DNA of 38,221 bases, from positions 62,001 to 100,221 of the forward strand of contig NZ_MWQY01000016.1 in assembly GCF_002087085.1 (NCBI RefSeq), given 5' to 3'. A program made the translations under genes and the position numbers. The notes below the pieces were generated by a model. That model was not told the DNA's origin, ran no database searches, and was given only the letters and a program-made list of their open reading frames with translations. Below, in pieces: positions 29,393 through 38,221 of the stretch (positions within the stretch are counted from its first letter, which is position 1; each line of letters opens with the position of its first letter).

Positions 29393-30690
29393 AGTTAGCG
29401 ACGCTGCTGGCGCTTATATCCACGCCCCTGGGGGCCCGGGAATATTCCATGACCCAGCTGTTTGAGCTGGCATTGGAGGAGGACAGTCGGCTCGCCCGGA
29501 TCGAGGCCGGTGTGGCCGCCGCCGAAACCGTCGTGGCCGATGCCGGCGCCGCCTTTCAGCCGGATCTGAGCGCCGGATTTCGCGTTTCATACGTATCCGA
29601 GCTGCCGGAGATGGAGCAGCCCAAACCCGGCGGCGGTACGACCACTGTCGAGGCGGGGGTTAAGGATACCTATGCGGCTAATCTCACCGCCCGGCAGCTG
29701 ATATTCGCCGGATTCACACGGCGCTACGGGCTGGCGGCGGCGGAGAACCGGCTGGCCGAAGTACGCTTTCAGAAAAGTATGCGCGAGGATGCGCTGCGCT
29801 TCAGTCTGCTCCAGGCGGCCTACGGCTATTCCCTGGCCGATCTTTCGGTGGAGTCCCTGGAAGCCAGTCTGGCCCGGCTGGAACTGAATCGCCGCCGGGT
29901 GGAGTCGTTCTTCTCTCAGGGCTTCGCCTCGGAGCTGGACCTGCTCGAGATCGACGCCTCCATCGCCGAGCTCAACCTGCAGCTGCGGCAGCAGCAGGCG
30001 GACCGCCGCGCGGCTCTGATCAGCCTCAGAAGTCTCAGCGGCGCGGAGGACCTCGACGCGCTAGCCGTGGAGGAGGCCTATCTCGCGCTGCCGGACGTGG
30101 AGGCCGTCGATATCGAAGGAGCTGACCTGGCGTCCAACGCCGACTACCGGGCTACCGATTATACACGGCAGGCCCGCGAGTTGGAAACGGAGATTCATCG
30201 CGGTGACTACTATCCCCGGCTTTCCGCTTTCGGCAGCTTCAACTACGGCCGGCCGGGAGCCAATTTCTTCGCCGACGAGTGGCAGTTTTACTACCAGGGC
30301 GGTGTGGAGGTCTCAATGAATCTCTGGGACGGCGGCCGGCGGGGCAACGCCCTCGAGCGTGACCGGGCCAGGCTGGAGCAGCTGGCGGCCGAGCGGGAGG
30401 AGCTCTTTACGAATCTGCTGGCCCGGGGGCGGCAGACCGGGGAGTCCCTGCAGTCGGCGGCCGAACAGCTGACCACCGCCCGCAGTCTGCTCGAGAACAA
30501 GCAGCGCAAGTACGAACTGATACAGCAGCTCTGGGACGCCGGCGAACAGAGCACCCTCGAGGTGCTGGAGGCCGAACAGGAGCTTACCGCCGCGGACATC
30601 AGGGCCAAGGGGCTGGAAATCCGGCTGCTGTCGCTCTATCAGGATTACCTGCTGCTGATCAATCGTCCCCTGTGGAGGAATACCAAATGA
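29377..30690 (+). CDS. TolC-family outer membrane efflux protein
   Basis: Start at ATG 29377 after GGAGG gives signal peptide MHRILKLATLLALISTPLGA; two OEP repeats (FQPDL, YYPRLS, NLWDGG, STLEVLEAE). Confidence 0.88.
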   Translation: MHRILKLATLLALISTPLGAREYSMTQLFELALEEDSRLARIEAGVAAAETVVADAGAAFQPDLSAGFRVSYVSELPEMEQPKPGGGTTTVEAGVKDTYAANLTARQLIFAGFTRRYGLAAAENRLAEVRFQKSMREDALRFSLLQAAYGYSLADLSVESLEASLARLELNRRRVESFFSQGFASELDLLEIDASIAELNLQLRQQQADRRAALISLRSLSGAEDLDALAVEEAYLALPDVEAVDIEGADLASNADYRATDYTRQARELETEIHRGDYYPRLSAFGSFNYGRPGANFFADEWQFYYQGGVEVSMNLWDGGRRGNALERDRARLEQLAAEREELFTNLLARGRQTGESLQSAAEQLTTARSLLENKQRKYELIQQLWDAGEQSTLEVLEAEQELTAADIRAKGLEIRLLSLYQDYLLLINRPLWRNTK

Positions 30691-31592
30691 GTATGCCAAG
30701 GAGTACCGGGATGAACCGGAACAGGATAATTCGAAACGGAATTTTTACAGCGCTCGTGCTGCTGCTGGCAGCCTGCGGTGCGGGCGATGGCGAGCGCAGC
30801 TTTACCGGGCAGGTGGAAGGCCGGGTCTACAGCGTCTCCTCGCCGGTAAGCGACCGGCTCCTGGAGCTCAGCGTCTGGGAAGGCGACCGACTGGCCGAGG
30901 GGCAGACAGTGGGGCGCATCGATACGGCCGCGCTGGAACTTCAGCGCAAGTCGCTGATCGCCGGGCGGGATCAGATCGGGCTGCAGCTCCAGGAGCTCAC
31001 CCTCACTACCGCGCAGGTCAAGGATACCCGCGACTACTATGCGACCACCTACCGCCGCAATCTGGAGCTCCTGAAGGAACAGGCGGTCTCGGATCAGAAG
31101 GTGCGGGATCTGAAACTGAACGCGGACAAGTGGGAGCGGGAGCTGACGACCCTGCGTATCAAAGAACAGTCCCTCAAGCGGCAGCAGGACGAGATCGGCT
31201 ACAAGCTCGAGGAACTCGATCTGATGATCAGCAAGGCCACTCTTACCAGTCCCGCCGCAGGCTATGTGGATCAGGTCTATTTCGAGAAAGGGGAGTTCGT
31301 TCCCGCGCTGCGTCCGGTGGTGGAGCTGGTCAGTCTCGAATATGTCTGGTGTTATCTCTATCTTGGCGAGTCCGGTATCGCGCAGATCAGTCCCGGTCAG
31401 GAGATGACCGCCCGCCTGGGGGAAAACACCTTCCGCGCCCGGGTCGAGCATATCAACTCCAGCGCCGAGTTCACCCCCAGGGAGGTACTCACCCCCGAGA
31501 ACCGCGAGGCCCTGGTCTACGCGGTACGGGTCGGGATCGAGAATCCCGACGGAATCCTGAAGATAGGCATGCCTGTCGTGCTGGAGTGGTAA
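30687..31592 (+). CDS. HlyD/YbhG-like membrane fusion protein, probable lipoprotein
   Basis: LLAAC lipobox; lipoyl halves around a coiled coil; AEFTPREVLTPENREALVYAV...LKIGMP; ATGA overlap with tolC (alternative start 30711). Confidence 0.9.
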   Translation: MSMPRSTGMNRNRIIRNGIFTALVLLLAACGAGDGERSFTGQVEGRVYSVSSPVSDRLLELSVWEGDRLAEGQTVGRIDTAALELQRKSLIAGRDQIGLQLQELTLTTAQVKDTRDYYATTYRRNLELLKEQAVSDQKVRDLKLNADKWERELTTLRIKEQSLKRQQDEIGYKLEELDLMISKATLTSPAAGYVDQVYFEKGEFVPALRPVVELVSLEYVWCYLYLGESGIAQISPGQEMTARLGENTFRARVEHINSSAEFTPREVLTPENREALVYAVRVGIENPDGILKIGMPVVLEW

Positions 31593-31599
31593 AGGTAGA

Positions 31600-32505
31600 A
31601 TGAACGCCGCGAAATGTATTGAAGCAGAAGCGATCAGCAAGCGCTACGGCGAGATTCGGGCCCTCGAGGGCGTCGACATCCATGCGGCCGCCGGGGAGAT
31701 CACCGGCCTTATCGGACCCGACGGAGCCGGGAAATCGAGCTTCATGCGCATCGTCCTCGGTCTGCTTGAAAGTGATGGCGGCGAACTGAAGCTCTTCGGC
31801 GAGACCCCGGAGCGGGGCCGACGCGGCGGAATCGGCTATATGCCCGAGGTTTTCTCCCTCTATACGGATCTGACCGTGGAGGAGAACATGCGCTTCTCCT
31901 TCAGGATTCACGGCGGCAGGCCTGCGGAGTACACGGCCAGGAGCGAGCGGCTCTACACCTTCAACCGCCTCTCCGATTTCAAGGCCGCCCGGGCCGGCAC
32001 GCTCTCGGGGGGTATGAAGCAGAAACTGGCCCTCTCCTGCGCCCTGATGCAGGAGCCTCGTCTGCTGGTGCTCGATGAACCGACCACCGGCGTCGACCCC
32101 TTGAGCCGCCGGGAGTTCTGGCGGATGCTGAGCGAACTGAAAAGAGAGGGCATCGGCATCCTGGTTTCGACCCCCTACATGGAAGAGGCCCTGCAGTGCG
32201 ACCGGATCTACCTGATGAACGAGGGCCGCATCCTGAACGCCGGAGCTCCCCGGGAGCTGATCGACGGTTTCGACGGCCGTATCATCGAGTTCGAGGATTC
32301 CGAGCTGGCGCCTCAGGATCTGCGCCGGGAGCTGGCCGCCGCCTGGTCCGGGCGGCCGGTCTATCTGTCGGGGCGCAGCGTGCACCTGGTGCTGCCCGCC
32401 GCGGCAGGAGACGCTGCGGCCGACCTTCCGACTCGCTCATCAGGGACGAGCCGTGAGATCGAACCTGACCTGGAAGACATCTTTCTGGCGGGGATACTCA
32501 GATGA
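31600..32505 (+). CDS. ABC transporter ATP-binding protein (like the first NBD of YbhF)
   Basis: GPDGAGKS, LSGGMKQKL and LDEPTTGVDP. Confidence 0.93.
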   Translation: MNAAKCIEAEAISKRYGEIRALEGVDIHAAAGEITGLIGPDGAGKSSFMRIVLGLLESDGGELKLFGETPERGRRGGIGYMPEVFSLYTDLTVEENMRFSFRIHGGRPAEYTARSERLYTFNRLSDFKAARAGTLSGGMKQKLALSCALMQEPRLLVLDEPTTGVDPLSRREFWRMLSELKREGIGILVSTPYMEEALQCDRIYLMNEGRILNAGAPRELIDGFDGRIIEFEDSELAPQDLRRELAAAWSGRPVYLSGRSVHLVLPAAAGDAAADLPTRSSGTSREIEPDLEDIFLAGILR

Positions 32506-33245
32506 CGAGCGATTCATCCATGATGATTTCAATTCAAGGCCTGAGCCGCCGTTTCGGCGCCTTCACCGCGGTGGACGACATCTCCTTCGAGGTCGCCCCC
32601 GGGGAGGTCTTCGGTTTTCTGGGAGCCAACGGCGCCGGCAAGACCACGACCATCCGCATGATGTGCGGGCTGCTGAGCCCCAGCGAGGGCGACATCCTGA
32701 TCGACGGGGTCTCGGTCTCCGCCGATCCCGAGCAGGTCAAGCGGCGCCTGGGCTACATGTCCCAGAAGTTCTCCCTCTACGGCGACCTCTCGCCGGAACA
32801 GAACATCGACTTCTTCGGGGCGGTCTACGGCGTCGACCCCGAGCGCCTGGAGGCGGAGAAGAGGAGAATCCGCGCCCAGCTGGGGGGGGCTCCCGGCAGC
32901 GGCCGCGCCGGGAAGCTGCCCCTGGGTTTCAAGCAGCGGCTGGGGCTAACCTGCGCCCTGCTGCACGAACCGCCGGTCATCTTCCTGGACGAACCGACCT
33001 CGGGCGTCGATCCCCTGGGGCGCCGGGAGTTCTGGGAAGAGATCTACGACCTCTCGTCCGCCGGGCGCACCGTCCTGGTGACGACCCACTTCATGGACGA
33101 GGCCGAATACTGTCACCGCATCGCCATCATGAGCCAGGGGCGCCTGATCGACCTCGACAGCCCCGCGGCCATCAAGCGCAAATACGGATCCGATACCCTC
33201 AACGAGGCCTTTATCCGGGCCGTCGAAAGCGACCGGGAGGAGTAG
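32502..33245 (+). CDS. ABC transporter ATP-binding protein (like the second NBD of YbhF)
   Basis: GANGAGKT, degenerate signature LPLGFKQRL, LDEPTSGVDP and TTHFMDEAE. Confidence 0.93.
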   Translation: MTSDSSMMISIQGLSRRFGAFTAVDDISFEVAPGEVFGFLGANGAGKTTTIRMMCGLLSPSEGDILIDGVSVSADPEQVKRRLGYMSQKFSLYGDLSPEQNIDFFGAVYGVDPERLEAEKRRIRAQLGGAPGSGRAGKLPLGFKQRLGLTCALLHEPPVIFLDEPTSGVDPLGRREFWEEIYDLSSAGRTVLVTTHFMDEAEYCHRIAIMSQGRLIDLDSPAAIKRKYGSDTLNEAFIRAVESDREE

Positions 33246-33246
33246 C

Positions 33247-34317
33247 ATGGGACTCTACGGCATTATCCTGAAAGAGTTCAAACATATTGTGCGGGACTAC
33301 CGCACGCTGATGATCCTCTTCATCCTGCCGGTGCTGATGCTGGTGCTCTTCGGCTACGCGATGACCCTGGAGATTCCGAATATCAGGCTGGCGGTCGAGG
33401 ACCTGGACAATTCGGCGGCCTCCCGGGAGCTGATCGCAGGCTTCCGGGGCTCGGAATTCTTTACACTCCCCGAGGCCGGGGGACTCTCCGGGCGGGAGCT
33501 CTTCCGCCGCCGCGTCGCCGACGCGCTTCTGACCATCCCCGGGGATTACGGCCGGGGTGGGGCGGTCGACCTGCAGATCGACGCCTCCGACTCGAACCGG
33601 GCGCTGATCGTGCGGCAGTACATCGATGCCGTGGTAGAGCGCGCCTCGGACGCGCGGACCCGCAGACCGCCGATCGTCGCCGTCCCGGCCTTCCTCTACA
33701 ACCGGCAGCTCGACAGCGCCTTCTTTTTCGTCCCTGCCCTGACAGCGCTGATCATCATCATGGTCACCGCCCTGCTGACGAGTCTGACCATCACCCGGGA
33801 GAAGGAGCAGGGCACCTTCGATCTGATCAAACTGAGTCCCGTGCACGCCTACGAGGTCATCATCGGCAAGGTGGTACCCTACCTGCTGCTGTCGCTCGTT
33901 ATCGGCACCCTGATCGTGCTCTGCGGGGTGCTGATGTTCGGCGTCCCCATGAGGGGCAGTATTCCGGCCATGCTCTTCTACCTGATCCTCTACTGTCTGA
34001 CCGGCCTCTCCTTCGGGATTCTGATCTCCACGGTGGCGGCCAGCCAGCAGACGGCCATGCTGCTCTCCCTGATCGGAACCCTGCTGCCGACCCTCTTTCT
34101 CTCCGGCTTCATCTTTCCCCTCGAGTCGATGCCCTCCCTTTTGCGGGCGATAAGCTGGATCGTGCCGGCCAGGTATTTTCTGATCATCATCCGGGGACTG
34201 ATGCTCAAGGGCAACACTCAGCGGGAGCTGATCTTCCCCATCCTGATGCTCTCCGCCTTCAGCGCCTTCTTCCTGCTGGTGGCGATACGCCGCTTCAAGG
34301 CCTATCTCGAGGGCTGA
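33247..34317 (+). CDS. ABC-2 type permease (YbhS-like)
   Basis: KEFKHIVRDYRTL, ITREKEQGT and FLSGFIFPLESMP. Confidence 0.92.
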   Translation: MGLYGIILKEFKHIVRDYRTLMILFILPVLMLVLFGYAMTLEIPNIRLAVEDLDNSAASRELIAGFRGSEFFTLPEAGGLSGRELFRRRVADALLTIPGDYGRGGAVDLQIDASDSNRALIVRQYIDAVVERASDARTRRPPIVAVPAFLYNRQLDSAFFFVPALTALIIIMVTALLTSLTITREKEQGTFDLIKLSPVHAYEVIIGKVVPYLLLSLVIGTLIVLCGVLMFGVPMRGSIPAMLFYLILYCLTGLSFGILISTVAASQQTAMLLSLIGTLLPTLFLSGFIFPLESMPSLLRAISWIVPARYFLIIIRGLMLKGNTQRELIFPILMLSAFSAFFLLVAIRRFKAYLEG

Positions 34318-34351
34318 TTCAGACGGGGAACCGGAATTTAAGGAGACGACG

Positions 34352-35464
34352 ATGCGAACCCTGATTGCGATGGTAAAAAAAGAGATCCTCCAGCTGCGGG
34401 CCGATACCTTCTATCTGCGCTTTCTTTTAATCGCGCCCCTCTTCCAGCTGATCGTGCTCGGCTTCGCGCTGACCATCGAGACCACCAACGTGCCGACCCT
34501 CATCTGCGATCTCGACAGGACCGCGCTCAGCCGCGAGTTCGTGCGCAGCGTCAGCACCAACGAGCGCTTCAACGTCATCGGCACGGTGGAGGAGTACGAG
34601 GAACTCGGCGACGCCCTTCAGCGCTGGCAGGCCAGCATCGGCATCTACATTCCCCCCGGTTTCGGCCGCGACCTGAAGCGCGACGCCTCCGCCGAACTGC
34701 AGGTCCTGATCGATGCGGTGGACGGCAACAAGGCCCTGACCGCCTACGGCTACCTGCAGCAGATCGCCGCCGAACAGGGCCTCCGCCTGGCCGCCGTGCC
34801 CCTCGACGCCGGCGGCGCCCCCGGCCCGCGCCTGGTCTACCACTACCTCTTTAACCCCGAGCTCAAGAACGCCGCCTTCATGGTTCCCGGCATCGTCGTG
34901 GTTATCGTCACCATCATCACTCTGATGATCGGCGCCATGAACCTGGTGCGGGAGAAGGAGGTCGGCACCCTCGAACAGCTGATGGTCACCCCCATCAACC
35001 GGAGCCAGCTTATCCTCGGCAAGCTGATTCCGTTTCTGGTCTACGCCTTCATCGAGGTGGCGGTACTGCTGAAGGTCGCCGAGCTGGTTTTCGGTCTGCA
35101 CCTGGCCGGAAGCCTGTTGAGCCTCTACCTGGCGCTGCTGCTCTACCTCTTCTCGACCCTCGGTCTGGGGCTGCTCGTCTCCTCGGCGGCGGGCACCCAG
35201 CAGCAGGCCCTCTTTATCGCCTGGTTTTTCATGATCTTCATGATCCTGCTTTCGGGCTTCTTCATTCCCATCCGGAACATGCCCCGCTGGCTGCAGTGGC
35301 TGACGATGCTGAACCCCCTGCGCTTCATGATGACCATCGTGCGGGAGATCTATCTCAAGGCCACGCCGCTGAAGCTCCTGGCCGACCAGCTGCTCCCCTT
35401 GAGCGCCCTGGGACTGGTGATCTTCGGCACCAGCATCTTCACCTTCCAGAAAAAGAGCGGCTGA
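34352..35464 (+). CDS. ABC-2 type permease (YbhR-like)
   Basis: KEILQLR, FNPEL, VREKEVGTLEQLMVTP and LSGFFIPIRNMP. Confidence 0.92.
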   Translation: MRTLIAMVKKEILQLRADTFYLRFLLIAPLFQLIVLGFALTIETTNVPTLICDLDRTALSREFVRSVSTNERFNVIGTVEEYEELGDALQRWQASIGIYIPPGFGRDLKRDASAELQVLIDAVDGNKALTAYGYLQQIAAEQGLRLAAVPLDAGGAPGPRLVYHYLFNPELKNAAFMVPGIVVVIVTIITLMIGAMNLVREKEVGTLEQLMVTPINRSQLILGKLIPFLVYAFIEVAVLLKVAELVFGLHLAGSLLSLYLALLLYLFSTLGLGLLVSSAAGTQQQALFIAWFFMIFMILLSGFFIPIRNMPRWLQWLTMLNPLRFMMTIVREIYLKATPLKLLADQLLPLSALGLVIFGTSIFTFQKKSG

Positions 35465-35478
35465 GAATCTGTGTTCCG

Positions 35479-35609
35479 GGCCCCCCGGCTGACGCCGTCG
35501 GGCCTGCTGCGGGGTTCGCGGCCCTTTTCCCGGGCTACTTACGTGCGCCCGGGGGGCCGCTCCGTCCTGACGGACCCGGGCTGCGCCCGACCCTCCGCGT
35601 CCCTGGGGC
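35479..35609 (+). repeat. 131-bp GC-rich multi-hairpin interspersed repeat (REP/MITE-like), copy 1
   Basis: About 90% identical by manual alignment to 36595-36725; four hairpins. Confidence 0.85.
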
Positions 35610-35863
35610 TGGGAGCTCCGGGTACCGTCCATCCTCTCCCCACCACCCAGGCTCGGTAATCTCAGGGGCGGGCAATTCACAGAATTTTCAGGGTAAAGAT
35701 AAGCGCAAGAAGGGGGAAATGTCAGGCCATATAGAATATACTGAAAGAAACGAGGGGGCAGCTGGAGACACTTCGGGCCGAGGTTCAGCAAGCTTCCTCC
35801 GACCTGGAAAGGGTATCAGGTGATACCCTGGTATCATGAACAGAAAACGAAGCGGGGTACCGG

Positions 35864-36466
35864 ATGAAAAGATTTATCTCTTCACTATTTATTCTCATCA
35901 GTATGATATTCATGCTCTTCTCCGGCGGACAGACCGAGTCTCTGCCTTCGGATGCTGAATCATCCGCCTCCGTCTGGGTAGAAGAGGAGGTTCTCAATCC
36001 CGAGGATCTCGAGTTTGGTGATCTCTTTATGGGGCTGCACTATACCGCGAAACCCATCGATCTGGATGAAGAGACCTACCGGCTGACAGTCACCGGCAAG
36101 GTGGACAAACCGCTCTCCCTCTCCCTGGCTGAGGTAAAGGCCCTGGCCACTGTCGATATACGGGTACGGCTGGTCTGTCCAGGCTATTTTACCGATGAAG
36201 GGGTCTGGAGCGGCGTTCTTGTAAGGACACTTCTTAAGGAGGCCGGGATCAGGGATGATGCCAAAACGGTAATATTCGCCGTACCCGATGAGAGCTACCG
36301 TACCCGGTTTCCTGTTGAACGCGCCACTGCGGACGACTTCCTGGTCGCCTGGGCTTTCGAAGGAGAGACCCTGCATCGGGTTCACGGTTTTCCCCTCAGA
36401 CTGGTGGCCGGCGATACCGAGGGCAGCAACTGGGTCAAGTGGCTGCAGATAATACGGGTCGAGTAG
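35864..36466 (+). CDS. exported molybdopterin-binding-domain oxidoreductase (Oxidored_molyb / sulfite oxidase-MsrP family)
   Basis: YRLTVTGKV..PLSLSL, Mo-ligand-position Cys in LVCPG, WSGV, HGFPLRLV and WVKWL..I; hydrophobic N-terminus ending LFSGGQTE. Confidence 0.85.
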   Translation: MKRFISSLFILISMIFMLFSGGQTESLPSDAESSASVWVEEEVLNPEDLEFGDLFMGLHYTAKPIDLDEETYRLTVTGKVDKPLSLSLAEVKALATVDIRVRLVCPGYFTDEGVWSGVLVRTLLKEAGIRDDAKTVIFAVPDESYRTRFPVERATADDFLVAWAFEGETLHRVHGFPLRLVAGDTEGSNWVKWLQIIRVE

Positions 36467-36594
36467 TAGTTTGCCCCGGACACATATTCCGGTAATAATG
36501 TTCCTGATGGTGGATCTGTTACGTATTTTCATTACCGTTTTGAAGTAGCCATCGAATAAGTCCGCGAAACAGAACAGTACCGATTTTTTCTTTC

Positions 36595-36725
36595 GGCCCC
36601 CCGGCTTCGCCGTCGGGCCTGCTCCGGGGTTCGCGGCCTGTTTGCCGGGCTACTTCGTGCGCCCGGCGGGCCGCTTCCGTCCTGACGGACCCGGGCTTCC
36701 GCCCGGCCCTCCGCGTCCCTGGGGC
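36595..36725 (+). repeat. 131-bp GC-rich multi-hairpin interspersed repeat, copy 2
   Basis: Direct repeat of 35479-35609 with stem-preserving changes. Confidence 0.85.
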
Positions 36726-36849
36726 GAGTGAAGCCTTCGGTAATCTCTCCGCTGGTAAACATATAAAAAATACTATATAAAACCGGTTTTTTCGTTCACC
36801 CGGGGGTATCTTTATATCTGACAAGAAATATCAGATTAAGGAGCATACT

Positions 36850-37395
<546 letters not shown>

Positions 37396-37419
37396 TCGGT
37401 AATCTCGGGTCCCCGTTTT

Positions 37420-37461
37420 GCGACAGCCGCCCCTTGAAGGCGGCTGTCGTGTTTTTAGTTT
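37420..37461 (+). terminator. rho-independent terminator after the poly-Asp gene
   Basis: GCGACAGCCGCC-7 nt-GGCGGCTGTCGT followed by GTTTTTAGTTT. Confidence 0.75.
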
Positions 37462-37482
37462 CCCCTCATAAAGCCTCCAGCC

Positions 37483-37566
37483 TTAGGCGTTCGATATTCG
37501 GGCGATCCGGGCGGTGGTCAGGACCTGACGCAACAGGCACAGGTAACAATCAAGAAAGGTGTTCAT
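37483..37566 (-). pseudogene. N-terminal fragment resembling a DUF89/ARMT1-like damage-control phosphatase
   Basis: MNTFLDCYLCLLRQVLTTARIA.. matches the M.T.LDC..C..RQ.L..AR start of DUF89 proteins; stops after 27 codons. Confidence 0.45.
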
Positions 37567-37595
37567 GCCTGGCGCCCCTGAAGCGGGTATGTATT

Positions 37596-38221
<626 letters not shown>

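Noticed and set aside
34427..35791. 454-aa antisense ORF across the permease and repeat copy 1
   Set aside because: Shadow of the permease running through a GC-rich repeat that lacks stops
36464..36469. TAG TAG as pyrrolysine or readthrough
   Set aside because: The domain is complete at ..WLQIIRVE; tandem stops argue for firm termination; no pyl genes seen

Overview
Bacterial chromosomal window, most likely from a free-living Spirochaetales genome. This is an inference from the TPR-fused small alarmone synthetase, the V/A-ATPase gene order and the 'GGxxE' signal-peptide ends. Left part (1-9.4 kb): small accessory and housekeeping genes (SRPBCC fragment, YbaK, HD hydrolase, RelA/SpoT-TPR, WYL regulator plus GyrI-like target, PAS-GGDEF cyclase, nitroreductase, uxuA). 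Centre: a complete V/A-type ATPase operon (G/H-C-I-K-F-E-A-B-D) extended by USP and PTS EIIA genes, then CoA-disulfide reductase-rhodanese, panE, DUF3783, clpB, a GH13 amylase and PfpI. Right part: an AraC-GyrI regulator, a TetR-TolC-HlyD-ABC (ybhGFSR-like) efflux operon, and a mosaic variable region. That region holds two copies of a 131-bp structured repeat, a molybdopterin-binding-domain gene, a secreted poly-Asp protein, decayed gene fragments (DUF89-like, hsdM) and a 41-bp tandem array. The most interesting hidden signal is inside the AraC-GyrI gene. Its linker DNA has three AGCA motifs 21 bp apart, a -10 element placed as in E. coli ParaBAD, and a strong SD with an in-frame ATG at the start of the GyrI domain. 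This suggests an intragenic, self-activated promoter producing a stand-alone ligand-binding protein. No rRNA, tRNA, CRISPR array or intact transposase was seen. All calls come from reading motifs by eye; no database searches were run.
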